A stretch of DNA of 64,000 bases from an uncultured Holophagales bacterium (GCA_963842525.1 CAWJGT010000001.1:726215-790214), one strand, 5' to 3'. Counted from the first letter of the stretch, positions 43,691 to 53,046 are shown. The notes: generated by a model from the letters alone, not told the origin. Made by a program: numbers and translations.

Positions 43691-43758
43691 TCTCCCTCCT
43701 CTCCCGGAAGGGTGGGTGTGAGGCTGGGAGAGGAGGGCCGGGGAGGTGAGGGCCCGGA
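43691..43758. repeat. Right arm of the 65-bp inverted repeat, 17 nt upstream of the DUF559 start
   Basis: 'ttctccctcctctcccggaagggtgggtgtgaggctgggagaggagggccggggaggtgagggcccgg'. Confidence 0.85.
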
Positions 43759-43872
43759 CGGCGCCGCCGACGCTTCAAGTACCACCGAGTGACATGGAGA
43801 CGAGGTGGCGCGGCGTGATCTTCGCGGCCGAGGGCATTCCTCCATGTATGATACGCAGGTGCAAGGGATTCT

Positions 43873-44973
43873 ATGCTGTCCAACATGAACACCAGCCACC
43901 GCGCGGCACTCGCCGCGATGCTCGCGGCCAGCCTTTTAGCGTTTGGCTGTGCAGGCCGCCGGGCACCCGCTACACCGGCCGAGCCACCCCCGGAGGCGCC
44001 GGCGAGCGCGCCGGAGGCCGAGCGTCCGGCGGGCACCGGGGAAGCGCCGCGGCCGGGGCTGCGCGACCTCTGCCGTCAGGGGCCTGACGAAACCGAGATC
44101 CTCGACGAGACGCGCCAGACCCTCGAGGAGACCTTCTGCAGCGCCACCCTCTGGCTCGACGGCCTTCTCGGCGGTGAGGCTGATGTCGAGAACGCACGCG
44201 CGGTGTCGGGCCGGGTCGATCTGTCGACGCTCTACACGGAGTTCGACGGGTTCACCCTCAAGGAGCGCCTGCGCCTCAGGTACGACCTGCCCAACCTCGA
44301 GCGGCGGCTCAACGTCTTCGTCGGCCGCGATGAGCGCGACGAGTTCGTCGAGGACCGGCGCGAGGGGTTCGCCGTCCGTTCCTCGGTCTTCGGCCTGGAG
44401 GACGAAGAGGAGTGGCTCGCCGGCCTCGGCTATTCGCCACCGGGCCGCTGGAACAGCAAGATCGACTTCCGCGTCGGCGGCAAGTTGAAGAGCGCCCCCG
44501 AAGTCTTCGCCCAGAGCCGCTACCGGCGCAACATCTTTGCCGGCGACCGCAACGTCTGGCGCTTTCGGGAGACGGTCTTCTGGGAGAACCGCGAAGGTTT
44601 CGGATCGACCACCAGCCTCGATTTCGACCACGTCCTGCGTCGCGACCTCCTCTTTCGCTGGGGCAACATCGGCACCTTCTCGGAGTCGACCGACGGGATA
44701 GCCTGGCGCTCGGCGGCCCTCGCCTACCACAACATCCGCCGTTCCCGGGCCGTGGCCGGGGAGCTCTTCCTGCGCGGTGCCACCCAGGCCGAGGTCAAGC
44801 TCAACGAGTACGGCACCCGCGCCATCTACCGCCAGCCGGTGGGAAAACCCTTCCTGTTCGGCGAGCTGGTCGTCGGCTACACCTGGCCCCGCGAGGAGCG
44901 CGATCAGCCACGCGAAGGCTCGGCGATGATCGGCTTCGGGCTGGAGCTCCTGTTCGGGCGTGAGCCTTACTGA
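43873..44973 (+). CDS. Hypothetical lipoprotein
   Basis: Signal peptide plus lipobox 'LLAFGCAG'. No recognisable domain. Confidence 0.5.
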   Translation: MLSNMNTSHRAALAAMLAASLLAFGCAGRRAPATPAEPPPEAPASAPEAERPAGTGEAPRPGLRDLCRQGPDETEILDETRQTLEETFCSATLWLDGLLGGEADVENARAVSGRVDLSTLYTEFDGFTLKERLRLRYDLPNLERRLNVFVGRDERDEFVEDRREGFAVRSSVFGLEDEEEWLAGLGYSPPGRWNSKIDFRVGGKLKSAPEVFAQSRYRRNIFAGDRNVWRFRETVFWENREGFGSTTSLDFDHVLRRDLLFRWGNIGTFSESTDGIAWRSAALAYHNIRRSRAVAGELFLRGATQAEVKLNEYGTRAIYRQPVGKPFLFGELVVGYTWPREERDQPREGSAMIGFGLELLFGREPY

Positions 44974-45010
44974 GCCTGTCCCCAAAGAAGCAGCGGTGGT
45001 CGCGGATGGA

Positions 45011-45449
45011 TTATGACGGATAGCTTTTCTGCCGCCGTCTTCGTGATTTCTCCATGGTGCCGCACGTCTCCATCTGGCACCAACGGCGAAGGCCGTTCCG
45101 GCTGCGATCGATGTACATCCAGCCACAATCGGGCGCGGCGCAGACCCGAATCCGCCGCGCCTCGTCAGACGTCAGCAGAGCGGACGCGGGCCACACGATC
45201 GGCCAGAGGATCGAAACCAGGCGCTCTTCCCTGCCATGCCAGGCCCACTCCGCCACCTTCAAGCGAGCGCTCCGCCCCTGGCGCACCGGCAATCCGCAGC
45301 CACGGCAGCGTGTCGGTGAGGATTTCGTTGAAATCGTCCCAGGAAGAGCCCGGCCGCTCACCGGCGGCGATGGACCCGTAGAGGCGCTGGAGCACGATGG
45401 GAGGAAGACTCATGATCGTACGCACCTGGCGGGGAGCGAACAAAAGCGG
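45011..45449 (-). pseudogene. ABATE-domain/CGNR zinc-finger protein, frameshifted
   Basis: C-terminus 'RVCAAPDCGWMYIDRSRNGLRRWCQMETCGTMEKSRR' (CGNR). The N-terminal ABATE-like part 'MSLPPIVLQRLYGSIAAGERP...' is in another frame. Confidence 0.55.
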
Positions 45450-45733
45450 AAGACGCGGACGCGTACCTGCAATACCTTCATACAAGCGGCTTCACCCAGT
45501 ATCGCGCCACACCGGGAAACCTCGGCGTGCTCGGACTGCGGCGCATCAGCGAGGGGCGGGCGGAATTCCTCCTGCTGACCTTCTGGGAGTCGGAAGAAGC
45601 GATCCGCCGCTTCGCGGGAGACGACATGGGCCGCGCCGTGTTCTATCCCCAGGATGATCGATTCCTCATCGACAAGGACGAGCACGTCAGCCACTTCGAC
45701 GTGGTCTTTCAGGAGGGATGGGAGCAGTCGTGA
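45412..45733 (+). pseudogene. Antibiotic-biosynthesis-monooxygenase (ABM)-like small protein, frameshifted near 45445
   Basis: 'MIVRTWRGA' + 'TKAEDADAYLQYLHTSGFTQYRATPGNLGVLGLRRISEGRAEFLLLTFWESEEAIRRFAGDD...' are split across two frames. Confidence 0.5.
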
Positions 45734-46674
45734 CGACCTCGGCGGACGCCGTGGGTGATCGCAGCAGTGTCCCACGGGCCAAGCTGATAGCGGCGTTCGC
45801 CGCGATCTATCTGTTTTGGGGCGGGACGTTTCTCGCGATTCGCTATGCCGTGGCCGACGTGCCGCCGCTGCTCACGATTGCGATCCGTTGCGCCGGCGGC
45901 GCGCTGCTCCTCTATGCCTGGCTTGCCATACGCGGCCAGCTCGAACGGACGACGGCGGCGCAGTGGCGGGTCGCGGGCATGGCAGGCGCGCTGCTGTTCC
46001 TCGGTTGCCATGCGGTGCTCGCCTGGGCCGAACAGCGGGTGTCTTCCGGTCACGCGGCGCTCTTGATGACCTCGATCGCGCTCTGGCTGGTGCTCCTGGA
46101 CGCCTTGGTCGAGCGCCGCCCTCCCCCGGCGCGGGTCCTCGCGGGGTTCACCCTCGGAGTCCTGGGGATCGCCGTGCTGACGAGCCCCGGCGGCGGGTGG
46201 TCGGGATCGCTGTTCGACCGCGTGGCACTGGTCGTGAGCGACCTCTTCTGGGCCGCGGGCTCGCTCGTGGCGCGGCCTTCTCGGAATTCGCGGCAGGGCA
46301 CCCGGCCCGTCTCCGTCGTGCAGTTGACGGCCATACAACTCGCCGCCGGCGCCGCCGTTGTGCTCCTCGCGAGCGCCGTCTCGGGCGAGCTCTCCGGCTG
46401 GACGCCGGCACAGGTGACGCCGCGGGCCGCGGCGGCGCTCGGTTTTCTGATCGTCTGCGGCACCGCGCTCGGCTTCGCCGCGTACACCTGGCTGCTCACG
46501 GTCACGACGGCGGCTGCCGTTGGCACCTACGCCTTCGTGAATCCCCTGATCGCGCTCGGCCTGGCGTGGGCCGTGGGAGACGAGGAGCCGAGCGGCCGTG
46601 CGCTCGTCGCGGCCGTGCTCGTGATCAGCGCCGTAGTATTGACTCGAGACCCATCCAAAGGAGCAAAAACGTGA
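45718..46674 (+). CDS. EamA/DMT-family transporter
   Basis: Ten hydrophobic segments. 'LIAAFAAIYLFWGGTFLAIRYAV'. Confidence 0.65.
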   Translation: MGAVVTTSADAVGDRSSVPRAKLIAAFAAIYLFWGGTFLAIRYAVADVPPLLTIAIRCAGGALLLYAWLAIRGQLERTTAAQWRVAGMAGALLFLGCHAVLAWAEQRVSSGHAALLMTSIALWLVLLDALVERRPPPARVLAGFTLGVLGIAVLTSPGGGWSGSLFDRVALVVSDLFWAAGSLVARPSRNSRQGTRPVSVVQLTAIQLAAGAAVVLLASAVSGELSGWTPAQVTPRAAAALGFLIVCGTALGFAAYTWLLTVTTAAAVGTYAFVNPLIALGLAWAVGDEEPSGRALVAAVLVISAVVLTRDPSKGAKT

Positions 46675-46680
46675 CCGCGA

Positions 46681-48053
46681 CCGTCCCTGACGATCTTGAT
46701 GCTTTTTTCGATGCGAACGCGGCACGCCTGCGCGCCGAGCTTCTCGATTTCCTGCGGATTCCGAGCGTGAGCGCCCGGGCCGAGCACCGTCCCGATGTGG
46801 AACGCGCGGCGGAATGGCTCGCCGGCTCGCTCCGCGCGGCAGGGCTGGCGGCGGAGATCTACCCCACCGCCGGTCATCCGATCGTTCTCGGCGAATGGCG
46901 ACGGGCTCCAGCCGGCGCCCCGACGGTGCTGATCTATGGCCATTACGACGTGCAACCAGCCGAGCCGCTCGAGCTCTGGGACTCGCCGCCGTTCGAACCC
47001 GCCCTGCGGGACGGGCGCATCTACGCCCGCGGCGCAACGGACGACAAGGGGCAGCTCTTCCTCCAGGTCAAGGCCCTGGAAGCGCACCTCGCGACGCGCG
47101 GCGAGCTGCCGGTCAACGTGGTGCTCGTCGCGGAGGGGGAGGAGGAGATTGGTAGCGTACACCTCAGACCGTTCCTGGAGCGCCATGCGGACCGGCTGCG
47201 CACGGACGCAGTCGTGATCTCCGACTCCGCAATGTTCGCGCCCGGTCTACCGGCCATCCTGTCCTCGCTGCGCGGCATGGCCTATTTCCAGATCGACGTG
47301 CATGGACCGGCCGGCGACCTGCACTCCGGGAGCTATGGCGGCGCGGTCGTGAACCCCGCGACGGCGCTCGCGCGCATCCTGGCCACCCTGCACGACGCCG
47401 ATGGACATGTCGCCATCCCCGGCTTCTACGACCAGGTGCGCGAGTGGCCGGCGGAGCTCCGCGAGCAGATGGCGGGCCTGCCGTTCGATGACCAGCAGTT
47501 TCGGGAGGAGGCCGGGGTGACCCACCTCGGTGGAGAGGCCGGCTACACGACCCTCGAGCGGCTGTGGACGCGGCCCACGTGCGAGGTCCATGGGCTCCTG
47601 AGCGGATACACGGGCGAGGGGGCGAAGACCGTGCTCCCCGCGTCCGCGATGGCGAAAGTGAGCTGCCGCCTCGTTTCCGATCAGGATCCCGCCGAGATCG
47701 ACCGCCTTTTCCGCGCTCATGTGGAGCGGGTCGCGCCGGCGGGCGTCCGCGTGGAGGTGCAGTACTTCGTTGGGGGTCCCGCCTGGCGCGCAAACCTGGA
47801 AGGCCGGCTCTTCGAGGCCGCGGGCCGGGCCCTCGTGGCAACGTTCGGTCGGGAGCCCGTGATCGTCGGCGATGGAGGCTCGATCCCCGTGGTCAACGAT
47901 TTCGAACGCATTTTCGAAGCGCCGGTGCTCCTCCTGGGTTTCGGTCTGCCAGGCGAGAACGCGCACGCCCCGAACGAGTGGCTCAGCGTGGACAACTTCG
48001 AGCGCGGCCTGCGAACAGTGGCGGTCCTGTGGGAGGAGCTTGGCAGGGGCTGA
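46681..48053 (+). CDS. M20-family dipeptidase
   Basis: RBS aaaggag, then a GTG start. 'IYGHYDVQPAEP', 'GATDDKGQ', 'VAEGEEEIGS'. Confidence 0.7.
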
Positions 48054-48189
48054 TCAGCACAAGCTTGGCGCACAGCCATCTCGAGGAAAAACCGGGGTGG
48101 AAGAACGCCTCCAGGATCGGCCGCTGCCTCCCAGGTCGATCCCGAGGATTGCTTCGTCAGCCACGGCGATCATCGTATCCTGCGAGGCC

Positions 48190-49239
48190 ATGAGCCTCGA
48201 ATCCGAAATCTTCGAGCAACCCGCCGTCCTCGAACGCCTCCTCCGCACGCAGGCGGAGCCGGTGCGCGACATGGCTCGCACCATCCGTAGCCGGGGCGTC
48301 CACTGGGTGCTGATCGCCGCCCGCGGCAGCTCCGACAACGCGGCCCTCTATGCCAAATACCTGTGGGGCTCGCGCAATGGGCTCCCGGTCGCCCTGGCCG
48401 CCCCCTCGCTGTTCACCCTCTACCGCACGCCGCCGCAGCTCCAGGGAGCGCTGGTGGTCGGGATCTCGCAGTCGGGCCAATCCCCGGACATCGTCAGCGT
48501 CCTGGCCGAAGGGCGCCGCCAGGGGGTTCCGACCCTGGCGATCACCAACGATCCGTCCTCGCCCCTGGCCAAGGAAGCGGACATGGTCCTCGACGCCAGC
48601 TCAGGCCCCGAGCAAGCGATCGCCGCCACCAAGACCTACACCACCCAACTCCTTTCCATCGCTCTCCTGTCCGTGGCCCTAACCGGAGAAAAACGCGGCG
48701 AGGAAAGCCACACCGAGGCCATCGAGCGAGTGCCGGAGCTGGTCCAGCAGGCGTTGGCACTCGACAGCTTCATCGAGCAGGCAACGCAACAATATCGCCA
48801 CATGACGCAGTGCGTAGTCCTCGGCCGCGGCTTCAACTATGCGACGGCCTCCGAGTGGTCGCTGAAGCTCAAAGAGCTCGCCGCCGTCTTCGCCGAGCCC
48901 TACTCCTCCGCCGACCTGCAACATGGTCCGGTGGCCCTCATCACCGAGGGCTTTCCCGTCCTCGCCGTCGCGCCAGGCGGTGCGGTGTTCGAGAACCTCC
49001 TGGCGCTGCTCGCGTCCCTGGTCGAAGAACGCGGCGCCGAGCTGATCGCCATCTCCGACCAGGACAAGGCGCTGGCCCTCGCGCGCACCCCGCTACGCCT
49101 GCCCGCCGATCTACCCGAATGGCTCAGCCCTGTGGTGAGCATCGTCCCCGCCCAACTCTTCTGCTACCACCTCACCCGCGCCATGGGCCGGGATCCGGAG
49201 GCGCCGCGGGGTTTGAGCAAGGTGACGCGGACGTGGTGA
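48190..49239 (+). CDS. SIS-domain protein (sugar-phosphate isomerase/aminotransferase-like)
   Basis: 'WVLIAARGSSDNAALYAKYL', 'VGISQSGQSPDIV', a second SIS 'CVVLGRGFNYATASEWSLKLKE'. Confidence 0.65.
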   Translation: MSLESEIFEQPAVLERLLRTQAEPVRDMARTIRSRGVHWVLIAARGSSDNAALYAKYLWGSRNGLPVALAAPSLFTLYRTPPQLQGALVVGISQSGQSPDIVSVLAEGRRQGVPTLAITNDPSSPLAKEADMVLDASSGPEQAIAATKTYTTQLLSIALLSVALTGEKRGEESHTEAIERVPELVQQALALDSFIEQATQQYRHMTQCVVLGRGFNYATASEWSLKLKELAAVFAEPYSSADLQHGPVALITEGFPVLAVAPGGAVFENLLALLASLVEERGAELIAISDQDKALALARTPLRLPADLPEWLSPVVSIVPAQLFCYHLTRAMGRDPEAPRGLSKVTRTW

Positions 49240-49269
49240 GTGGGCGCGGTGGCTTACCCGGCGGCACCA

Positions 49270-49368
49270 TGACGACGCACAAGTTCCCATTTGCTGAGGT
49301 CGGGCACGCCTTTCACATGATGGAGACCAAAGAAGACAACATCATCAAGCCGCTGATCACCTATTGAG
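49270..49368 (+). pseudogene. 32-codon C-terminal remnant of a zinc-dependent (MDR) alcohol/threonine dehydrogenase
   Basis: 'THKFPFAEVGHAFHMMETKEDNIIKPLITY*' matches MDR C-termini ('thrfpLee...af.lm'). There is no upstream gene body; the low-GC islet begins immediately downstream. Confidence 0.5.
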
Positions 49369-49439
49369 TCGACGGAGCTCGGCTTCGGCGTCGTCCGGGC
49401 GCCGCGGACCGTGGACGATAACCTGGTCTTAAAGGGTGT

Positions 49440-49880
49440 TTGGAAATCGAGCCCCGCAGGGGCGGACGGAATTAGCCCGGTACGTCAGTGCCGGGTTGGG
49501 AGGCACAAATCCACCATCCAGCCCCGGTAGGGGCGGCAGGAAATCCGGTGGGTTGAAATGCGTTCGGTTCCCGGGATTGAAATCCATACCTTTACACACA
49601 TCTCAAAGCGCCCCTTGTGGGCGCGGGCGCGTAGACCCGGGTTTCAACCCGGGGTCGCGGAGGCCCGGCCCGTTTCGAGCCCCTTTCAGGGGCGTCGGCG
49701 AGGATGGCGCACAGGCCCGCCGTCCTCGGGCACCGCACACCGACGGCATTGCGCTTCCGTCTGCGCCATCGCCCCTGAAAGGGGCGCAGGGAGGATTGGT
49801 GGATCTCGCACCCCGGGTTGAAACCCGGGGCTATGTGCCAGCGCCCACAAGGGGCGCTTCCCCCACCCTCCCGGACAGGA
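49440..49880. repeat. Composite GC-rich multi-hairpin element with UUCG/GNRA-type tetraloops, arranged as a ~95-bp imperfect inverted repeat around a ~65-bp core
   Basis: Left arm 49607-49697: gcgcccc-ttgtg-ggcgc; gacccggg-tttcaa-cccggg; gcccct-ttc-aggggc. It is mirrored at 49764-49862 as cgcccct-gaa-aggggcg; ccccggg-ttgaaa-cccgggg; gcgccc-acaa-ggggcgc. Confidence 0.75.
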
Positions 49881-50212
49881 TATGTATAACGGTGTTCTCG
49901 TGTGACTGAAATGCCAAGCGCGCGTAGGGTCAGATGCGCTCTGCTCGACCTCCTTCGCTCGTCGAGCATGCCGTAGTTGCGGCTTTCCGCGGCACAGGGC
50001 CGACCAGAATGCTTCTCCAAATGCCTCGGCGGTCTTGACGCAGGTTACGAAGAGGTGTAGGGTGCGCTAAGTCGAAGAGGATAAGCATCTTGCATGCTCG
50101 ACAATCTGGGACCGGCCGTAGACTCAACCCGCAGGTGGTGTCGTATACGCCTGTGGGCGGGGTGCCGGCGAATATGTGAGGCAGAGGTTAGACGCAAAAG
50201 AAGCATGCTCGT

Positions 50213-50881
50213 ATGAAACAGACAATCGACAGTCGCTTTGCTGACCTAGTGGATCAAGGCCATCGCCTCTTAAGCGAGCTTCCTCTTGACAATAATAACC
50301 TCGGATATTGGGTGCTCAGGGAGTCTATCCCCAAATACCAGGCATGGATAGCCTCGACTGTTAACCTGCTAAGCAACATCGCGCTACCAGCAAGTTACTA
50401 TGTCGAGGAAAGCAGACGATTGGTTTCCGACAAGGACTTGGCGAGGGGAATACCGACGCACGTAGTGCAGAAGCTTTGCGCTCTCCTTGTATCTGCCTAC
50501 GAAGAATGGAATGCGGGGCTCCTTAAGAGAATTGAGTATGTGCTGATCGCGGCAACATTTGACGACTTCCTCGAACACGCTGCCCCTTATCATAAAGGAA
50601 ATAAAAAAACAGAGGCCGCCGTTCTGGCGAGCGCTGTGCTTGAAGATACCATAAAGAAGATCGCCGAAAAGCAAGGCATAGAAACGAGTGGCAAGAGCTT
50701 GGAGCAACTAGTGGATGCCCTCGTTAGCGCCTCGGTGTTTTCCTTAGTTCAAGGCAAGAGGGTAAAGGTCTATTCCGGAGTACGTAATCACGCGCTTCAC
50801 GCTGAATGGGACCGTTTTGAAATCAGAGACGTCGGAGAGTTGATCAAGGGCACACGGACCCTTATCGAGGATTTTGTTTGA
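50213..50881 (+). CDS. HEPN-type (Rx4H) Abi-like hypothetical protein in a low-GC islet
   Basis: ~48 % GC by eye. C-terminal 'VRNHALHAEWDRFE' fits the HEPN R-x4-H motif. No signal peptide. Confidence 0.5.
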   Translation: MKQTIDSRFADLVDQGHRLLSELPLDNNNLGYWVLRESIPKYQAWIASTVNLLSNIALPASYYVEESRRLVSDKDLARGIPTHVVQKLCALLVSAYEEWNAGLLKRIEYVLIAATFDDFLEHAAPYHKGNKKTEAAVLASAVLEDTIKKIAEKQGIETSGKSLEQLVDALVSASVFSLVQGKRVKVYSGVRNHALHAEWDRFEIRDVGELIKGTRTLIEDFV

Positions 50882-50983
50882 TAGAAGCTGCGCATCGAAC
50901 CCGCGCTTGCACCGGTCAGACGGCCATCGCCGCCTTCCGGTGAAGCGACTAGCGCACGCTGGTCGGCTTGATATCACGAAGGA

Positions 50984-51220
50984 ATGCCAAGCTTCACACA
51001 CCTGCAGGGCCAATATCTCGCTTTCATCGACGCGTACACGAAAGTGAGCGGTCGTCCACCGGCGGAGGCTGACTTCCTGCGCTACTTCAAAGTCTCGCCG
51101 CCCTCGGTCCACCAGATGATCCTTACGCTTGATCGCCTCGGACTCATTACACGTTTGCCGGGCCAAGCGCGATCCATTCGTCTGAATCTTCCGTCCAACG
51201 AGATTCCGCGTCTCGAGTAG
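50984..51220 (+). CDS. Small winged-helix-like protein (possible regulator or iteron-binding protein)
   Basis: 'SPPSVHQMILTLDRLGLITRLPGQARSIRL' resembles a winged-HTH. Low GC. Confidence 0.4.
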   Translation: MPSFTHLQGQYLAFIDAYTKVSGRPPAEADFLRYFKVSPPSVHQMILTLDRLGLITRLPGQARSIRLNLPSNEIPRLE

Positions 51221-51221
51221 G

Positions 51222-51460
51222 AGTGCAAGCCCAAAGGGCGTGGCGAAGGTGCCCCGAAGGGGCTCTGGCGTAAAGCCTGGCGCTTCAGCGCCAGGTTGGC
51301 GTTCCCCAAACTCTCCGGAGCCCCGAAGGGGCGCAGGCATTGCGTCAAATTTGCCGTCGCCCCTTCGGGGCTTGGAGGCGTGGAGGACCCTGACCTGGCG
51401 CTGAAGCGCCAGGCTTTATGCCTGCGCCCCTTCGGGGCTCCTCGTCGCCGTCGTCGTTGG
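51222..51460. repeat. Nested inverted repeats of small hairpins (gccccGAAggggc / gccccTTCGgggc; cctggcgcTTCAgcgccagg)
   Basis: Left arm 51240-51300 mirrors right arm 51385-51445. An inner inverted repeat lies at 51322-51372. Confidence 0.7.
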
Positions 51461-51520
51461 GCGCGTATTTATGGGATGGAGGATATCGGTTGGGGATACT
51501 GCCATCTGCTCCAGATGAGC

Positions 51521-51850
51521 TACGACGCCCAGCGTAAGCTTATCCAAGCCAGATAAGCTTACACTGGCTCAGATAAGGGTATCCGCGCCAGATAGTGTTA
51601 TCTGCGCCAGATAAGCCCACGCTGGCCTGGATAAGCTTATCTGCGCCGGATAAGCTTATCCACGCTGGATAACGTTATCTACGGCAGATAGTGTTATCTG
51701 GGGCAGATAAGCTTATCTGCGCTGGATAAGCTTACACTGGCGTGGATACCGTTATCCGCGCTGGATAGTGTTATCTGCGGCAGATACGCTTATCCGTCTT
51801 GGATACGCTTATCTGCGCCGGATACGCTTACACTGAGCTGGATAACGTTC
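51521..51850. repeat. 17 direct tandem copies of a ~20-bp palindromic unit (consensus cyGGATAAGCTTATCYGCG) that contains DnaA-box-like 9-mers (TTATCCACG, TTATCTGCG, TTATCCGCG)
   Basis: Units read off directly: gataagcttacactggctca / gataagggtatccgcgcca / gatagtgttatctgcgcca / ... / gataacgttctctacgtca. No spacers separate them. Confidence 0.85.
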
Positions 51851-51902
51851 TCTACGTCAGATCATTTAAACAGCGGTGGATGTCTGTGGAGAAGGGCGCG
51901 GA

Positions 51903-51928
51903 ACAAGGGGGAGCGTGGCGGGCACGCT
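51903..51928 (-). terminator. 10-bp GC hairpin (ggggagcgtg-gcgg-gcacgctcccc) just downstream of the minus-strand gene ending at 51946; no clear U-tract
   Basis: Perfect stem seen in the sequence. Confidence 0.3.
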
Positions 51929-51945
51929 CCCCGGAGGAGTGACAC

Positions 51946-52318
51946 TTACTGCGGATCGATCGCGAGGACCGCGGGAGTGGCGGGGTCGGGCGGCGTCTTG
52001 GCCTTGCGGCCGCGGAACGGCTGGAGGTGGAATTCCGCGAGCTTCTCCGACCGCAGGCCGTAGTGCTGCTGGAGGATCTTGCCTGCCGCGGTCGCCAGCC
52101 TTTCGCCTTCGGTGAGCAGCGTACGGATGCGCTTGCTCGCCTCCTGCTTGCTGGCGACGAGGGCGGCGTGCTCCCGCACGACTCCTTGCGCTTCGGCCAG
52201 GATCGCCTCGATCCGGACGCGAAGGCCTTCCAGGTGGGTGAGCTCGGCAGCGTTGGCGAGCAGCGCGGCGATGAATCGCGCCAGTGCGCCCAGCTTCCCT
52301 GCATAGGTACGTTCAGAC
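51946..52318 (-). CDS. Hypothetical coiled-coil protein
   Basis: 'MSERTYAGKLGALARFIAALLANAAELTHLEGLRVRIEAILAEAQ...'. No family recognised. Confidence 0.4.
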
Positions 52319-52691
52319 ATTTTGCTTCTCCTTTTTGAGCCCGAGGGGGCTCGAACACCCGGCGCCGGAAGCGGCGCCTGATGTGTGCATAGAGTCCACG
52401 ACTTTCCCGGCGGTGTCAAGAGCCTCGTTGACTTTCCCGGTCGACTGTGCGAGCCTCCTGCATATTGAAGGACGCGCGATGATGCCGATCGACCGAGCAG
52501 GACGATCGGGAACGCAAGGCTCTTTGACAATAGAGAAGGACGGCGGCCCCCGGGTCCAAGGGCGCCGCCGTCCGCCCGGACGGGTCCGCTGTGTTCCGGC
52601 GGACCCGGTCCCTGTTTCTCCGGCACCTACCCCTTGCAAGACTATGGGAAGGTGCGGTAACGTCTTCGCAGGCGAAAGAGGAGAGCCTGCG

Positions 52692-53036
52692 ATGGGACGT
52701 GAATCTGGAGATCTTCTGCAGGGGACGCTGGGTCTGTTGATCCTCAAGGCGCTGGCCGGCGAGGAGCGGCACGGCTACGGCATTGCGCGCTGGATCGAGG
52801 AGGTGACCGGCGGAGTGCTGCAGGTCGAGGAAGGGTCGCTCTACCCCGCGCTACGGCGGCTGGAGGACCGCGGCTTCGTCGAGTCGCGATGGGGGCTTTC
52901 GGAGAACAACCGCCGCGCCCGCTTCTATGCGGTCTCGCGCGCCGGCCGGCAGCACCTGCACGCCGACGCCTCCACGTGGATGCGCTTCGCCCGCGCCGTC
53001 ATGGGCGCGCTCGAGGCCGAGCCGTCGGTCGTCTGA
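52692..53036 (+). CDS. PadR-family transcriptional regulator
   Basis: 'LQGTLGLLILKALAGEERHGYGIARWIEEVTGGVLQVEEGSLYPALRRLEDRGFV'. Confidence 0.85.
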   Translation: MGRESGDLLQGTLGLLILKALAGEERHGYGIARWIEEVTGGVLQVEEGSLYPALRRLEDRGFVESRWGLSENNRRARFYAVSRAGRQHLHADASTWMRFARAVMGALEAEPSVV

Positions 53037-53046
53037 GGGCCCGGCC

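Noticed and set aside
49430-49600. Possible tRNA near the islet border (…ggttgaaatgcgttcggttcccggg…)
   Set aside because: There is no GGTTCGAATCC-type T-arm with a matching acceptor stem. The motifs belong to the hairpin repeat family.
51296-51556. 86-aa ORF 'MAFPKLSGAPKGRRH...'
   Set aside because: The reading frame runs straight through the gccccgaaggggc hairpin array, so the FGAP/APKG peptides are hairpin translations. It is unlikely to be a real gene.
51521-51850. CRISPR array
   Set aside because: The units are contiguous with no spacers, the unit length is only ~20 bp, and each unit is itself palindromic. It is not CRISPR-like.
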